Source: a phage. From it: a stretch of 64,000 nt of DNA. Shown here piece by piece: positions 37,978-47,303 of this stretch. Numbering within the stretch: the stretch's first letter is position 1; every line of letters starts with the position of its first letter. The notes below the pieces were generated by a model. It ran no database searches and had not been told where the DNA came from. It was given only the letters and a program-made list of their open reading frames with translations. The stretch lies in NCBI GenBank assembly GCA_012646185.1, contig GCA_012646185.1_4706.1. One strand, written 5' to 3'. A program made the translations under genes and the position numbers.

Positions 37978-38913
37978 TTAGCCTTGTTCTTCTGGAGAAC
38001 GACCCTGGAGGCTTGCGGTATGTCCGTCGACGTTGTAATAGAAAATCAATGGACCGCCGACGGCAGTACAGTAGTTTTCATCCAGACCGATCTCGATACC
38101 GTATTGGTAACCTGCTCGTGCTGGAATACGTCCGCCTAACTCGCCGTTGAAAGCCACTTTAGCGTTATACAGGTTATACGGTGCGATGTTGTCGTCTAAC
38201 ACCCAACGATCGGCGGTCATTTCAGCCAGAAGATCGGCGACCACCACATCGCTAATGACCGTACCTGTTACCAGCGAAGCTAGCAACTCACCGTAATCAG
38301 AAGTATCACGACTGTAACTGTAGATCTCACCGCTAGCGCGTACGCCCTGTCCGAAGAACTTAAGACCATCAAGCTCTTTGATCGCGATAATATCATCAAG
38401 ATTCGGTACACGCGACTTCATCAAGATACGAACACTTCCCGTCCAAGCCAGGCAGTTAGATGCGACACGAAGCAATTGTCCGTTAACGGTATCCCAGTTA
38501 AGTTCGTCGTTGACGATTTCCTCCGCGGTAAGGCCAAGACCGAAACGTTCTTTGATGATAGGCCAGATATCACGCATCTTGGTGGCGTCTGGCGCATCGA
38601 TAAGAATAGGCGCTACGTTACGCAGATACGCACCGATATTGATACGATCGTAATACAGCGTCGTCGAACCTTCGTAATCGTCTAACTCAGTAAGCTTAGC
38701 GGTTGCTGTCGCCGTAATCTGGGTGTCGCGCTCATAGGCGCTTTGGTTGGTGGTTGGTGTTCCTAAAACCAATAATTCAGGGGTTAGGATATGCTCTCCG
38801 TTCTGAGGTGGGTTATCGTGGTTGATAAGACCATACACGAGATCGGATGAGGGTAAAGAGACGTCGACCGGGTAAAGTTCGGTGTCGTCAATAGTTGTTA
38901 CCGTATCACTCAC
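37978..38913 (-). CDS. virion-type protein, paralog-family member (311 aa, GTG start)
   Basis: GTG preceded by strong GAGGAGG SD; YERD...YYDRINIG...ERFGLGL...LAWTGSV motifs. Confidence 0.6.
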   Translation of the reverse strand: MSDTVTTIDDTELYPVDVSLPSSDLVYGLINHDNPPQNGEHILTPELLVLGTPTTNQSAYERDTQITATATAKLTELDDYEGSTTLYYDRINIGAYLRNVAPILIDAPDATKMRDIWPIIKERFGLGLTAEEIVNDELNWDTVNGQLLRVASNCLAWTGSVRILMKSRVPNLDDIIAIKELDGLKFFGQGVRASGEIYSYSRDTSDYGELLASLVTGTVISDVVVADLLAEMTADRWVLDDNIAPYNLYNAKVAFNGELGGRIPARAGYQYGIEIGLDENYCTAVGGPLIFYYNVDGHTASLQGRSPEEQG

Positions 38914-38972
38914 GGTGACCTCCTCGCCGGGAATTAGATAAAAAAGACTTTACGATTTGCTGCGCTATCACG

Positions 38973-41384
38973 TTAAACGTCCTCGATAGGCAAAGGTTTA
39001 ACAATCAAACGATTGAGCGGATTCGATAGACGCATACTGATAGGCTTATACGCAGCATGATTCGTCTCACTTAGAGCCACTGATCTGAAACGACCGTTCA
39101 ACTGTTTGTAAATCGGTTCTATCCAGAGACCTCGAAGATCACGTTTACGGAAACGTTGTTCGAACGGTTTGATTGGGGTTACGGTTAACCCACGCAACGA
39201 CTCTGACGGCAGACGCTCACGAAGGTCGCGTGGTGCCCGACCTGGGAACGGTGCAAGCCACAACCCGTCAAGCGGATTTTTACGGAAACGTAACGAGACA
39301 GGATCACTAATGACTTGTGCCCAATATTGCGTACTGAATCGAACGGTTTGGGTATTCTCGTAACCGCTACAGTCACACCAGGTTGGTTTCGGAGGTGCTT
39401 CCAAACTTTCAACCGCTGATTCACGCCAGTTCGTCATCGGGTTGTTATCATGTACGAATTTGATAACTTCCGTAGCCTGGTTATCCGTATCATGAACGTT
39501 TGCCTGTGCCCAGTCTTCCCACAGTTCTTCACTACCACTTACTAAACTCGAACCAAGACGAACGGCGATTTTGTTTAGTGGTTTGATTGGATCACTGTTG
39601 ATTGTCTGGATAAAATGGATGGTGTAACTGCTCAATGTCTTAAGCAGCTGCAGCATTCCGTATTGAATATCCTTAAGACTGGTGACATCTTCCAAATCTT
39701 GACCGGTGGCCTTTGTGAAGATATCGAGAGCCAGAATTCCCGCCTCTTCTTGACTGATTGCGTCAAGCTCCCAATCCATCGCTAAGAACCATTCCTTGTA
39801 AAGCTGCCCAATACCGAAGTCGACACCAACATCCATGTAAAAGTTTTCAACGATTGCTTCAGCCATACCTCGAGCTTGATAATGCTCTTGGAGCTGGTAC
39901 ATGAACTGATGACGACGCCAGCCCTGGTAGATCTCGGTAACGGCGGTCAGAAACTCTTCAGTACTGACGACCGGACGCAATGTTACTTGCTTATCCAAAC
40001 ACCACCAGATCAGTTTATCGGGAATGATAGCAGGATCGGTAATGCTACGGAGATGGTCGAATGTCGGTAGCGTTAACACCCTGACGTGGTTAGCATGGAT
40101 CTTAGGTACTTCAATCAGCGTCATGCCCATCGAATAGTTCAGCAAATACAAGAACAGCTTGTAGGCATCTTTCATCGACATCGTCATGGTATCACCCGTC
40201 ACCGGGTTGGTTGTCGTTAACCGTGACTGATACATGCCTATCGCGCTAAGATGAATCCATTCGTTCAGCAGGAAATCATACTTAGGATACAGTTCACTGT
40301 CTGTAAGGTCTTCGGCTTCACTTTCCAACACCTTGGTCGTTAAGGTATTGTTGTCGTGCATCGACATCTTCTCTATCGTGCGGTTAAGCTCGGTATAATA
40401 CTCCGCTTCGTTATCCCGCGCTAGAGGGAACTGTTGTTGCATCACGGTAGTGACCTTACGTCTTACCGTGCCATTACCGACGATCTCTTGAAGGTTAAGC
40501 GGTTTACGCTCCATGTAAACAGCAGGTTTTAACGTCTGGGGTATCTCGGAAGCGTCTTGTTTGATCGAGAACGCACCGATTGGAATCCCACGATCGGTTA
40601 ATACCTTTTGAATGAGCTTATCGTAGTTTTCCGTTCTGCCCATGTTTCTTTCAACGTAAGCGATGTTACGATAGAACCAGAGCATTTGGGATTCGGTCAT
40701 GTATCGCTTGAATCGATCAAGACCTTGATGACTTGCCAGATAACTCCAGATATGGAAGCTATGGGCATAATGGGTATGACAGTTTTCCCAACGAATACCT
40801 TTTATCATCTCAGGTATTTGTGTGAATAGGATGGCGTATAGCGCAGGCCAATGAAGCATATCGACGCTCTCGTATGCCGGATGTTCCCAGCGTCTGAAGT
40901 AATCGTCGATTTCTTGCTGTAAACGTGGAATAAGATTGGCCTCGCGCGACTCAACCTCTTGTGTATCGTACCAGAGAATCTCATGATTGCGTGCCGCAAT
41001 TGCTTTCTCGATATCGATGGGGTTAAGGATACCCAAGATCAACATACGTTGTTCCGGGTACCGCGCAATTAAACGATTGAAATAATCTCCACCATACGCG
41101 TATTCCCTTGCCGTCATGCGATGCCGTAACATGTTTTCCTTAGTGAACTCGATCTCTTCGAGCGTATCCAGGGAATTTACGGTCATCATTGTCTGACAAG
41201 GATGATACTCGCCAGCGAGATTCATGTAGTATAACCACGTGCGTGGGTCGTCCCCGACGGCCATCTGGTAGACTTCGGAAACCTTGAGGTTTAACCGTTC
41301 TGCCGTGATGTCGCTTTTAATAATCAGGGTGTCCGTTAGACGCTGCACGCTTTCCGAATAAAGCTGATAGTCAGTGTTGGACAC
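38973..41384 (-). CDS. large hypothetical protein (about 803 aa; start uncertain)
   Basis: Long ORF; track start 41453 is TTG without SD, first in-frame ATG is at 41264; GTG at 41384 has a GGAGGA SD but that sequence would also be coding if translation begins upstream; C-terminal tandem RFRK-x-L-x-GLW motif. Confidence 0.45.
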   Translation of the reverse strand: MSNTDYQLYSESVQRLTDTLIIKSDITAERLNLKVSEVYQMAVGDDPRTWLYYMNLAGEYHPCQTMMTVNSLDTLEEIEFTKENMLRHRMTAREYAYGGDYFNRLIARYPEQRMLILGILNPIDIEKAIAARNHEILWYDTQEVESREANLIPRLQQEIDDYFRRWEHPAYESVDMLHWPALYAILFTQIPEMIKGIRWENCHTHYAHSFHIWSYLASHQGLDRFKRYMTESQMLWFYRNIAYVERNMGRTENYDKLIQKVLTDRGIPIGAFSIKQDASEIPQTLKPAVYMERKPLNLQEIVGNGTVRRKVTTVMQQQFPLARDNEAEYYTELNRTIEKMSMHDNNTLTTKVLESEAEDLTDSELYPKYDFLLNEWIHLSAIGMYQSRLTTTNPVTGDTMTMSMKDAYKLFLYLLNYSMGMTLIEVPKIHANHVRVLTLPTFDHLRSITDPAIIPDKLIWWCLDKQVTLRPVVSTEEFLTAVTEIYQGWRRHQFMYQLQEHYQARGMAEAIVENFYMDVGVDFGIGQLYKEWFLAMDWELDAISQEEAGILALDIFTKATGQDLEDVTSLKDIQYGMLQLLKTLSSYTIHFIQTINSDPIKPLNKIAVRLGSSLVSGSEELWEDWAQANVHDTDNQATEVIKFVHDNNPMTNWRESAVESLEAPPKPTWCDCSGYENTQTVRFSTQYWAQVISDPVSLRFRKNPLDGLWLAPFPGRAPRDLRERLPSESLRGLTVTPIKPFEQRFRKRDLRGLWIEPIYKQLNGRFRSVALSETNHAAYKPISMRLSNPLNRLIVKPLPIEDV

Positions 41385-41411
41385 GATCGGTCCTCCAAGG
41401 AGCCAGTGTAA

Positions 41412-44321
41412 ATGAACGATATAAATAAAGGGCGCGTCGCCCTCGAACGTCAAATGAGCAATAATGACGTTGCGAAGGCACTCATGAACAAATTTGTCGC
41501 TCCTGCTCCGCAGTCACGTCTTTATAATACACGTGATGCGGAAGGAGCGAACGGTCGTTTCGGGTTAGTTGTTCCCGACCAAATGACGATGAACACGGTT
41601 ACGCGTGCGACCGCGACAAACATCGAGGATAATAAAAACATCCTCGAGTTGTTCCCTGAACTTAAACGCGTGATGCAGATCTATGTTGCCGCGTTGACGA
41701 ACCCTAACGATCTTAAGACGGTCGAGATGTTTATCGACAGCGAAGATTTCCCCGGCAGAGTCGCAGAAATCGTTCAGCCGATGATCGATACCATCGACAC
41801 GCATTTTAAGAATATCTATAAAATAAAGACGCTTATCCCTCGTATCATCGAAGACGTCTTCTTTATCAAGGGCAGTTATAACTTCGTTGTTCTGCCAGAA
41901 AGCACGCTCGACCGCGCGATTAATGGTAACGGTCAACTGAAACTTGAAGAATACGGATTTAAAGACAACCATTTTGCAAGTTGGGGGCTTCTAGGTAACG
42001 ACAGTCGCAAACGCCACGAAAATCAATTACCCGCGACGGTTTCGATGGAAGATTATTTCTCGGGTGTTAATGAAACCATACCGTACGATCCTGTTGTTCG
42101 CATAGACAGCATTAAGTTTACCAATACCCTGCTTCGCGATAAGGACGGTAAATTCATTGAAGCGAAGATCGATATTCCGGATATGGTTACGGTTGTCGAT
42201 AACCCAGACATCCTCCGCATGCCCATTCTGCATCAACGTCGAGCAGCGACAGCAGTGCAGCGTGCGTTACGCGCAAACACGTTAGGAGGTAGTGGTTTGG
42301 TAACGCTGTCAGGCGATCCGACCCTAACCGCTAACCGACGCGAGCTAACGCAAGAACAGGTTAACGAGATCTGGAATAAGCTCAACATCCAACGTCACAC
42401 TAAGGTATCTCCCGTTTACGCGTTGGCGACTCCAGATACGCTTGATCGTCAAAGCGTCGGTCATCCTGGTGTGATGCACGTACCACCTGAGGCATTAGAA
42501 CCCGTACATGCGCCCGGTGATCCTGAGAACCATATCGGGTATTTGGTTCAGTTGGATGAGTTTGGTTATCCGGTGCGTTTGGTTGAAGATGCTGCATATT
42601 ACAAGCAGTTGGAAGGTCGGTTGTCGAAGATCACTGCAGATATCGCAGGCACGTCAAGCAACGGCATGGCGAGCGAGATGATTGGTGCGGCCAAGAACAT
42701 GATCCAAGGTACGTCATGTAATCAGGTAGACATGTCGGCCTTCGTATCGTCGTACGAATCGCTGATGCAACGTTACATCGTTGAACGTATTGTCAACGGT
42801 TATCTTGGCAGTGCGGTGGAGATCGGTGCGACATCATCGTTTTACCTATCGATGCTTGCCCGTAGCCTCGCTCACAAGCAGACCCGTGTTTTGTTTATTC
42901 CTCGAGAGATGGTGACTTACATCGCCTATGAATACAACAAATACGGTATCGGTCGTTCGCTGCTTGAAAGTACGAAGATGATCTCGTCGCAACGAGCCAT
43001 GCTCATGGTTCAAGAACTAATGGCGAAAATCAAAAGTTCGTTGAACTATACGACGTTAAGCGTAATGCTTGAAGACACCGACAGAAACCCGGTCGATACC
43101 GTCGAACAAGCACTGCATAGTTTCGCTCGTGTCTACCAGTCTGGTTTCCCGTTGGGTGAAACTAACCCGATGGATATCATCAACGCGTACGAACGAAGCT
43201 CGATTCGATTGAAGGTTGAGGGGAATAACCCACGCTTCCCGAAATTGAATACAGACGTCAGCGTTGAGCAGCGTAACTATCAGTCTCCTGATAATGAGCT
43301 GATGGATCGTTACCGTCGTGACCATTTCATGGGCTTGGGTGTGTCTCCGGAGATTATCGATACTTCCTACCAATCTGAATTCGCAGCTTCTGTGATTACA
43401 GCTAACGCGATGCAAGAGAAACAGTTCACGGTTTGTCGTGAGGTGATCACGAATGGATTATCGGACCACATCAAGAAATATACGGCATACAGTCCCGTGT
43501 TGTTGACGTCGTTACGAAACACGGTTCGTGCGAACATGTCTAAGCTCTCCCAGGCACAATTGAAGCAGCTTTTTGGTAGCGATTTCGAAAACGGTGTTAT
43601 CCGTAACGTTAACGCCTATCAGGAGATTGACGACCAATCAGCAACAATGGATCTGGATTACACTAAACCAGAAGTCCAGGAAGTTATTGCCGATGCTTAT
43701 GTGTCCATGTTCTTAAACAGCCTGCGTGTGCGTTTACCAGATAGCAATGCTCGTCGCCTTGAAGATCAGGTACGTGAATATAATCAGTACAAGGAAGCGA
43801 TTACTGCGCAACTTGATGATTATTTAACGCCTGATTACGTCATGGGTCTGGGTGGGGTTGATGAAACAACGCTGCAGATGATCCGCGCATGCATTATTGG
43901 TACCGCGATGCGTACGTGGGCAAAAGAGAACAACTTCAATCAGGAGCTGGCTGATCTCTTCAGTCTTGACGATAAGAAGAATGCCGTGCAAGATTGGAAA
44001 CGTATGTCCATGGAACATATTGAAGTCATGGGTAAATGCATGGGTGATTTTGCATTGTATATTCAGAATCTGACGAAGAAGATTGAAGAGAAGATGGGAG
44101 CTCAAGCACAGGACGGCAGCGTTTCATCTGACGGTTCGTGGTCATCCGATTCAAGTAGCGATACCGGTTCTTCTGATGACTTCGGTGGCGGTGACGATTT
44201 CGGAGATACTGATTTCGATACCGAAACGATGGAGGAAACCTCAACAGAAGAAACAACCACATCTGAGGATACGACGACCGACACAACGTCAGAAGACGAT
44301 ACTTCAGGTGGCGTTGTCTAA
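41412..44321 (+). CDS. large structural-module protein with acidic Ser/Thr/Asp-rich C-terminal tail (969 aa)
   Basis: ATG with AAGGAG SD; function not assignable (portal is one possibility, unsupported). Confidence 0.65.
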   Translation: MNDINKGRVALERQMSNNDVAKALMNKFVAPAPQSRLYNTRDAEGANGRFGLVVPDQMTMNTVTRATATNIEDNKNILELFPELKRVMQIYVAALTNPNDLKTVEMFIDSEDFPGRVAEIVQPMIDTIDTHFKNIYKIKTLIPRIIEDVFFIKGSYNFVVLPESTLDRAINGNGQLKLEEYGFKDNHFASWGLLGNDSRKRHENQLPATVSMEDYFSGVNETIPYDPVVRIDSIKFTNTLLRDKDGKFIEAKIDIPDMVTVVDNPDILRMPILHQRRAATAVQRALRANTLGGSGLVTLSGDPTLTANRRELTQEQVNEIWNKLNIQRHTKVSPVYALATPDTLDRQSVGHPGVMHVPPEALEPVHAPGDPENHIGYLVQLDEFGYPVRLVEDAAYYKQLEGRLSKITADIAGTSSNGMASEMIGAAKNMIQGTSCNQVDMSAFVSSYESLMQRYIVERIVNGYLGSAVEIGATSSFYLSMLARSLAHKQTRVLFIPREMVTYIAYEYNKYGIGRSLLESTKMISSQRAMLMVQELMAKIKSSLNYTTLSVMLEDTDRNPVDTVEQALHSFARVYQSGFPLGETNPMDIINAYERSSIRLKVEGNNPRFPKLNTDVSVEQRNYQSPDNELMDRYRRDHFMGLGVSPEIIDTSYQSEFAASVITANAMQEKQFTVCREVITNGLSDHIKKYTAYSPVLLTSLRNTVRANMSKLSQAQLKQLFGSDFENGVIRNVNAYQEIDDQSATMDLDYTKPEVQEVIADAYVSMFLNSLRVRLPDSNARRLEDQVREYNQYKEAITAQLDDYLTPDYVMGLGGVDETTLQMIRACIIGTAMRTWAKENNFNQELADLFSLDDKKNAVQDWKRMSMEHIEVMGKCMGDFALYIQNLTKKIEEKMGAQAQDGSVSSDGSWSSDSSSDTGSSDDFGGGDDFGDTDFDTETMEETSTEETTTSEDTTTDTTSEDDTSGGVV

Positions 44322-44355
44322 ACGGACGTAAAAAAAAAAAATAACACATAGTTAA

Positions 44356-44389
44356 CCTTCTCCCCTTCCCTTACGGGTTGGGGAGAAGG
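44356..44389. terminator. conserved CT/GA hairpin (CCTTCTCCCCTTCCC-TTAC-GGGTTGGGGAGAAGG)
   Basis: Between convergent gene ends; A12 run 15 nt upstream on the plus strand. Confidence 0.6.
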
Positions 44390-44406
44390 GCTATGCGCTA
44401 TTTAAC

Positions 44407-44682
44407 TTATCTCGAGGTTAACCACGATTCAATTGTGGTGAGGTTGCTTCGCAATACGCGCCAACTAGGGTGTGGTGGGATCACAGCACCTTGGTCGATT
44501 ACGGTTAGCTGAGCCTGGTACTTCTGTTTCATACGGGCTACCGTAGCGTTTACCGAAAGGAAAAGCTGGTAACGTTCGTACGCCGTCAGTACAGCATCCA
44601 TTTGGATTGCTTCGGTTGCTAAAACGATTTCGCGTAAGTCCTTTGCGTCCATCGGGACAGTAATGAGTTTATAATGACTCAT
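44407..44682 (-). CDS. hypothetical protein (91 aa)
   Basis: ATG with AAGGAAA SD. Confidence 0.55.
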   Translation of the reverse strand: MSHYKLITVPMDAKDLREIVLATEAIQMDAVLTAYERYQLFLSVNATVARMKQKYQAQLTVIDQGAVIPPHPSWRVLRSNLTTIESWLTSR

Positions 44683-44731
44683 AGGGTTTCCTTATCAACC
44701 AGGGTATCGCGTTAACAATACCCATCGTCAA

Positions 44732-47269
44732 TTACTGCTCTTCACGTTCCAGCAGATACTCGGAAGCGGTAATACCGTTTACCGTACGTACTGCTTTCAG
44801 ACGAGTATCATCGCTCAGAATTACAGTAACAGATTGCAGACCTTTTACTTTGGTTTCGAAGGTCTTGAACACCTGATCCAGCATACGAGCAATGCTTGGG
44901 TTGGTTGCAGCAGATGCGTGAGTGTAACCGCTCTGGTTCAGCTTCAGAATCTTGGCGTTGGTCGGTACGCGAACAACAACATGCGGACGCATCGCGAACA
45001 CGCTGTGATTGAACCAGTAAGCATCGTTGCTATCTTCGTCGGTAACGATGTCTGGATTAACACGCATATCCTCGATAGCCGCATCCGCCAAACGACGTTC
45101 GATTTCGTCAGCATCCAGAGAACCATCTTTCTCCAGTTCTGCACGATACTCACTCATGGCAACCAGATGACGTTCACGATTCGCTGCGGATTTTTCGTGA
45201 GCGGCTTTCAGGTAGTCATGCATGTTGTACAGTTCTGCCATGGAAAGACGAATGTTCCACTGACCTTCGCCGTCACGATTGCAGTAGAGACACTTCAGCA
45301 TGTTGACCCAGGTATAGTAGCAATTGGAGAATTCATCTTCAATGAACTTCTGGTCCATTTTAAGATCGTGAATCAGCCAACCGGACAGTTCTCCGATATC
45401 ATCAACGAAGCTAGAGATGGTGGTTTCAGAGAAGTTCTTCGGTACGATACGTTTGATCAGCTTGTTAACGTCTTTGGTCATGCTATCATTCAGGAAATGC
45501 CAGATACGCAGAGGAATGACATCTCGATACTGTTGCATGATCTGACGATAAGCTTTGATATCGTCGCTACGACCTTTATCAATAGACAACGCATCCAGGA
45601 ATTCATGGATTGCATCCAGCTCTTTGTCGGTATAGGTTCCCAGATAGGAATTGACGGTGGCCAGGAATGCTAATGCGTCGTTTTGGTTGACGTCGGTGTT
45701 GGTCTGCTGAATGATCGCTACTGAAGCTTTGGTTTCAGCATCCTCAACGCTTGACGCTGCGATCGCGTCGGTGACGGTAAACAGTTTCATTTCGCGCTGC
45801 TCACCGACAACGATTGGCTCACGCTGAACCGGCTTGTTAAGACTAACACGAACAACTTCTGCTTGCGCGATACGATCCAGTTTTGCCATTTCCTGCTCTG
45901 CCATACGACGAGCGGTTGGATCTGATTCAAGTTCGATGTATTCCACTTCTTCCTCCGTGAGGGATGTAATGTCAACAATGGTTTCATGAAGAATTCCGTT
46001 TTCGTCGATACGTGCTCGACGAGCGAAGTGCCTGAAGTCATACAACGTCGGCCAACGACTATTAGGTGCAAAGTCTTTGGCTTTCAGACGCATCTGCATA
46101 AATTCTTCATGTTGAACAACACGACCGTAACGCTTAGCATCTTCGGTCGCATCAATTGGATTAACGGTCTTTGTTGCCGTAGCGGAACGAGCCGTACGAA
46201 CCGGTTCAGGTTGAACGGGTTTCTGCTGCCCAGCCTTAACATGCCATTCTGGCTCTTCGTACTGCTCAGCAAATTGCTCAGCGGCTGCAAAGATATCGTT
46301 GATACCACCAATATCTCCTTCAGGATTTGTCGAGTAAATCCGTGGTTGTGGTGCCTCGTAACGCGGCGCTGTAGCAGCAGGTGCGTCATCAACGATAGGA
46401 TCGTCATCACCAACATCATACAAACGGTTGAACGCACAATCCTTCGAATCAATGTACGATGGCGTTTGTGGTTGGACAACCGTCGGCCGAGGTTGTGTGC
46501 CGTATCCTGGTGTTGTTGGAGCCATACCACGCATAACTGCTGGGTTAGGTTGGTATTGTGGTTGCGGGTAGGTTCCACCATACATGGCGTACGCAGGCTG
46601 TTGCGGTTGACCATACCCGTTGCTAACCATCGCACTTGCTTGCGGACCACGATAAGTCATCCCCATCTGCATCACCTGCTGCTTCAAACCACGTGACTTC
46701 TGAGCGATTTGCGCTAGGCTTCCGCTTTTATTCAGCTGCGTGTACTTGTTCGCGGCTTCCGGGTTAATGCGTGATAATTCAATCGCGCGATAATATTCCG
46801 GGTACTGATTCGGTTCAAAGAGCCACGTTACAAGATGATACAGCGCAACTGTGCTCACAGCAGCAGAGACGATCTGGTCGTCGGACGCGTTCTGTGGCAT
46901 CGGGTTGATGTAAGAGAACACGTTCCAACAACAGTCTTCAACAAGCGATTCCATCATCATATCGTTATTGGTATAACGTGCGACGAACTCGGTTTGTATT
47001 TTGTCTTGCTGAGCGAAGTCTTTCAGGACATTAAAGATGGCTTGACGGATTTTGACGATCGTCGCTTCTTGGGTGATGAAGTTATAGTTCTGCTGATATG
47101 AGGGTTGTTGGTATTGTGGTGGTTGATAGGCGTTATTCGGGTATGCGCCGTACGGCGATTGCTGATACTGTTGCTGACGAACCCGTTCAGCCGCATAATT
47201 AACCGTGCTCGTATAGGGGTTTTCGCTATAGCCCATTTGTTGATACATGTTGTTACTGCCATTATACAT
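44732..47269 (-). CDS. large protein with Q/Y/P-rich low-complexity regions (845 aa)
   Basis: ATG with AAGGA SD; N-terminal and central Gln/Tyr/Pro-rich low-complexity segments. Confidence 0.65.
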   Translation of the reverse strand: MYNGSNNMYQQMGYSENPYTSTVNYAAERVRQQQYQQSPYGAYPNNAYQPPQYQQPSYQQNYNFITQEATIVKIRQAIFNVLKDFAQQDKIQTEFVARYTNNDMMMESLVEDCCWNVFSYINPMPQNASDDQIVSAAVSTVALYHLVTWLFEPNQYPEYYRAIELSRINPEAANKYTQLNKSGSLAQIAQKSRGLKQQVMQMGMTYRGPQASAMVSNGYGQPQQPAYAMYGGTYPQPQYQPNPAVMRGMAPTTPGYGTQPRPTVVQPQTPSYIDSKDCAFNRLYDVGDDDPIVDDAPAATAPRYEAPQPRIYSTNPEGDIGGINDIFAAAEQFAEQYEEPEWHVKAGQQKPVQPEPVRTARSATATKTVNPIDATEDAKRYGRVVQHEEFMQMRLKAKDFAPNSRWPTLYDFRHFARRARIDENGILHETIVDITSLTEEEVEYIELESDPTARRMAEQEMAKLDRIAQAEVVRVSLNKPVQREPIVVGEQREMKLFTVTDAIAASSVEDAETKASVAIIQQTNTDVNQNDALAFLATVNSYLGTYTDKELDAIHEFLDALSIDKGRSDDIKAYRQIMQQYRDVIPLRIWHFLNDSMTKDVNKLIKRIVPKNFSETTISSFVDDIGELSGWLIHDLKMDQKFIEDEFSNCYYTWVNMLKCLYCNRDGEGQWNIRLSMAELYNMHDYLKAAHEKSAANRERHLVAMSEYRAELEKDGSLDADEIERRLADAAIEDMRVNPDIVTDEDSNDAYWFNHSVFAMRPHVVVRVPTNAKILKLNQSGYTHASAATNPSIARMLDQVFKTFETKVKGLQSVTVILSDDTRLKAVRTVNGITASEYLLEREEQ

Positions 47270-47303
47270 TTCTTACGATCCTTTTTATTTATTCGGTTAT
47301 GTG

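Noticed and set aside
38973-41453. TTG at 41453 as start of the large minus-strand gene (track coordinates)
   Set aside because: No SD upstream of the TTG, and it would overlap the first 42 nt of the divergent 969-aa gene; GTG at 41384 is reported instead, with low confidence.
44834-46696. Several plus- and minus-strand ORFs (44834..45673, 45986..46696, 46084..46650) inside the 845-aa gene
   Set aside because: Entirely contained within a longer, SD-supported ORF; Arg/Cys/His-rich compositions typical of out-of-frame or antisense readings.
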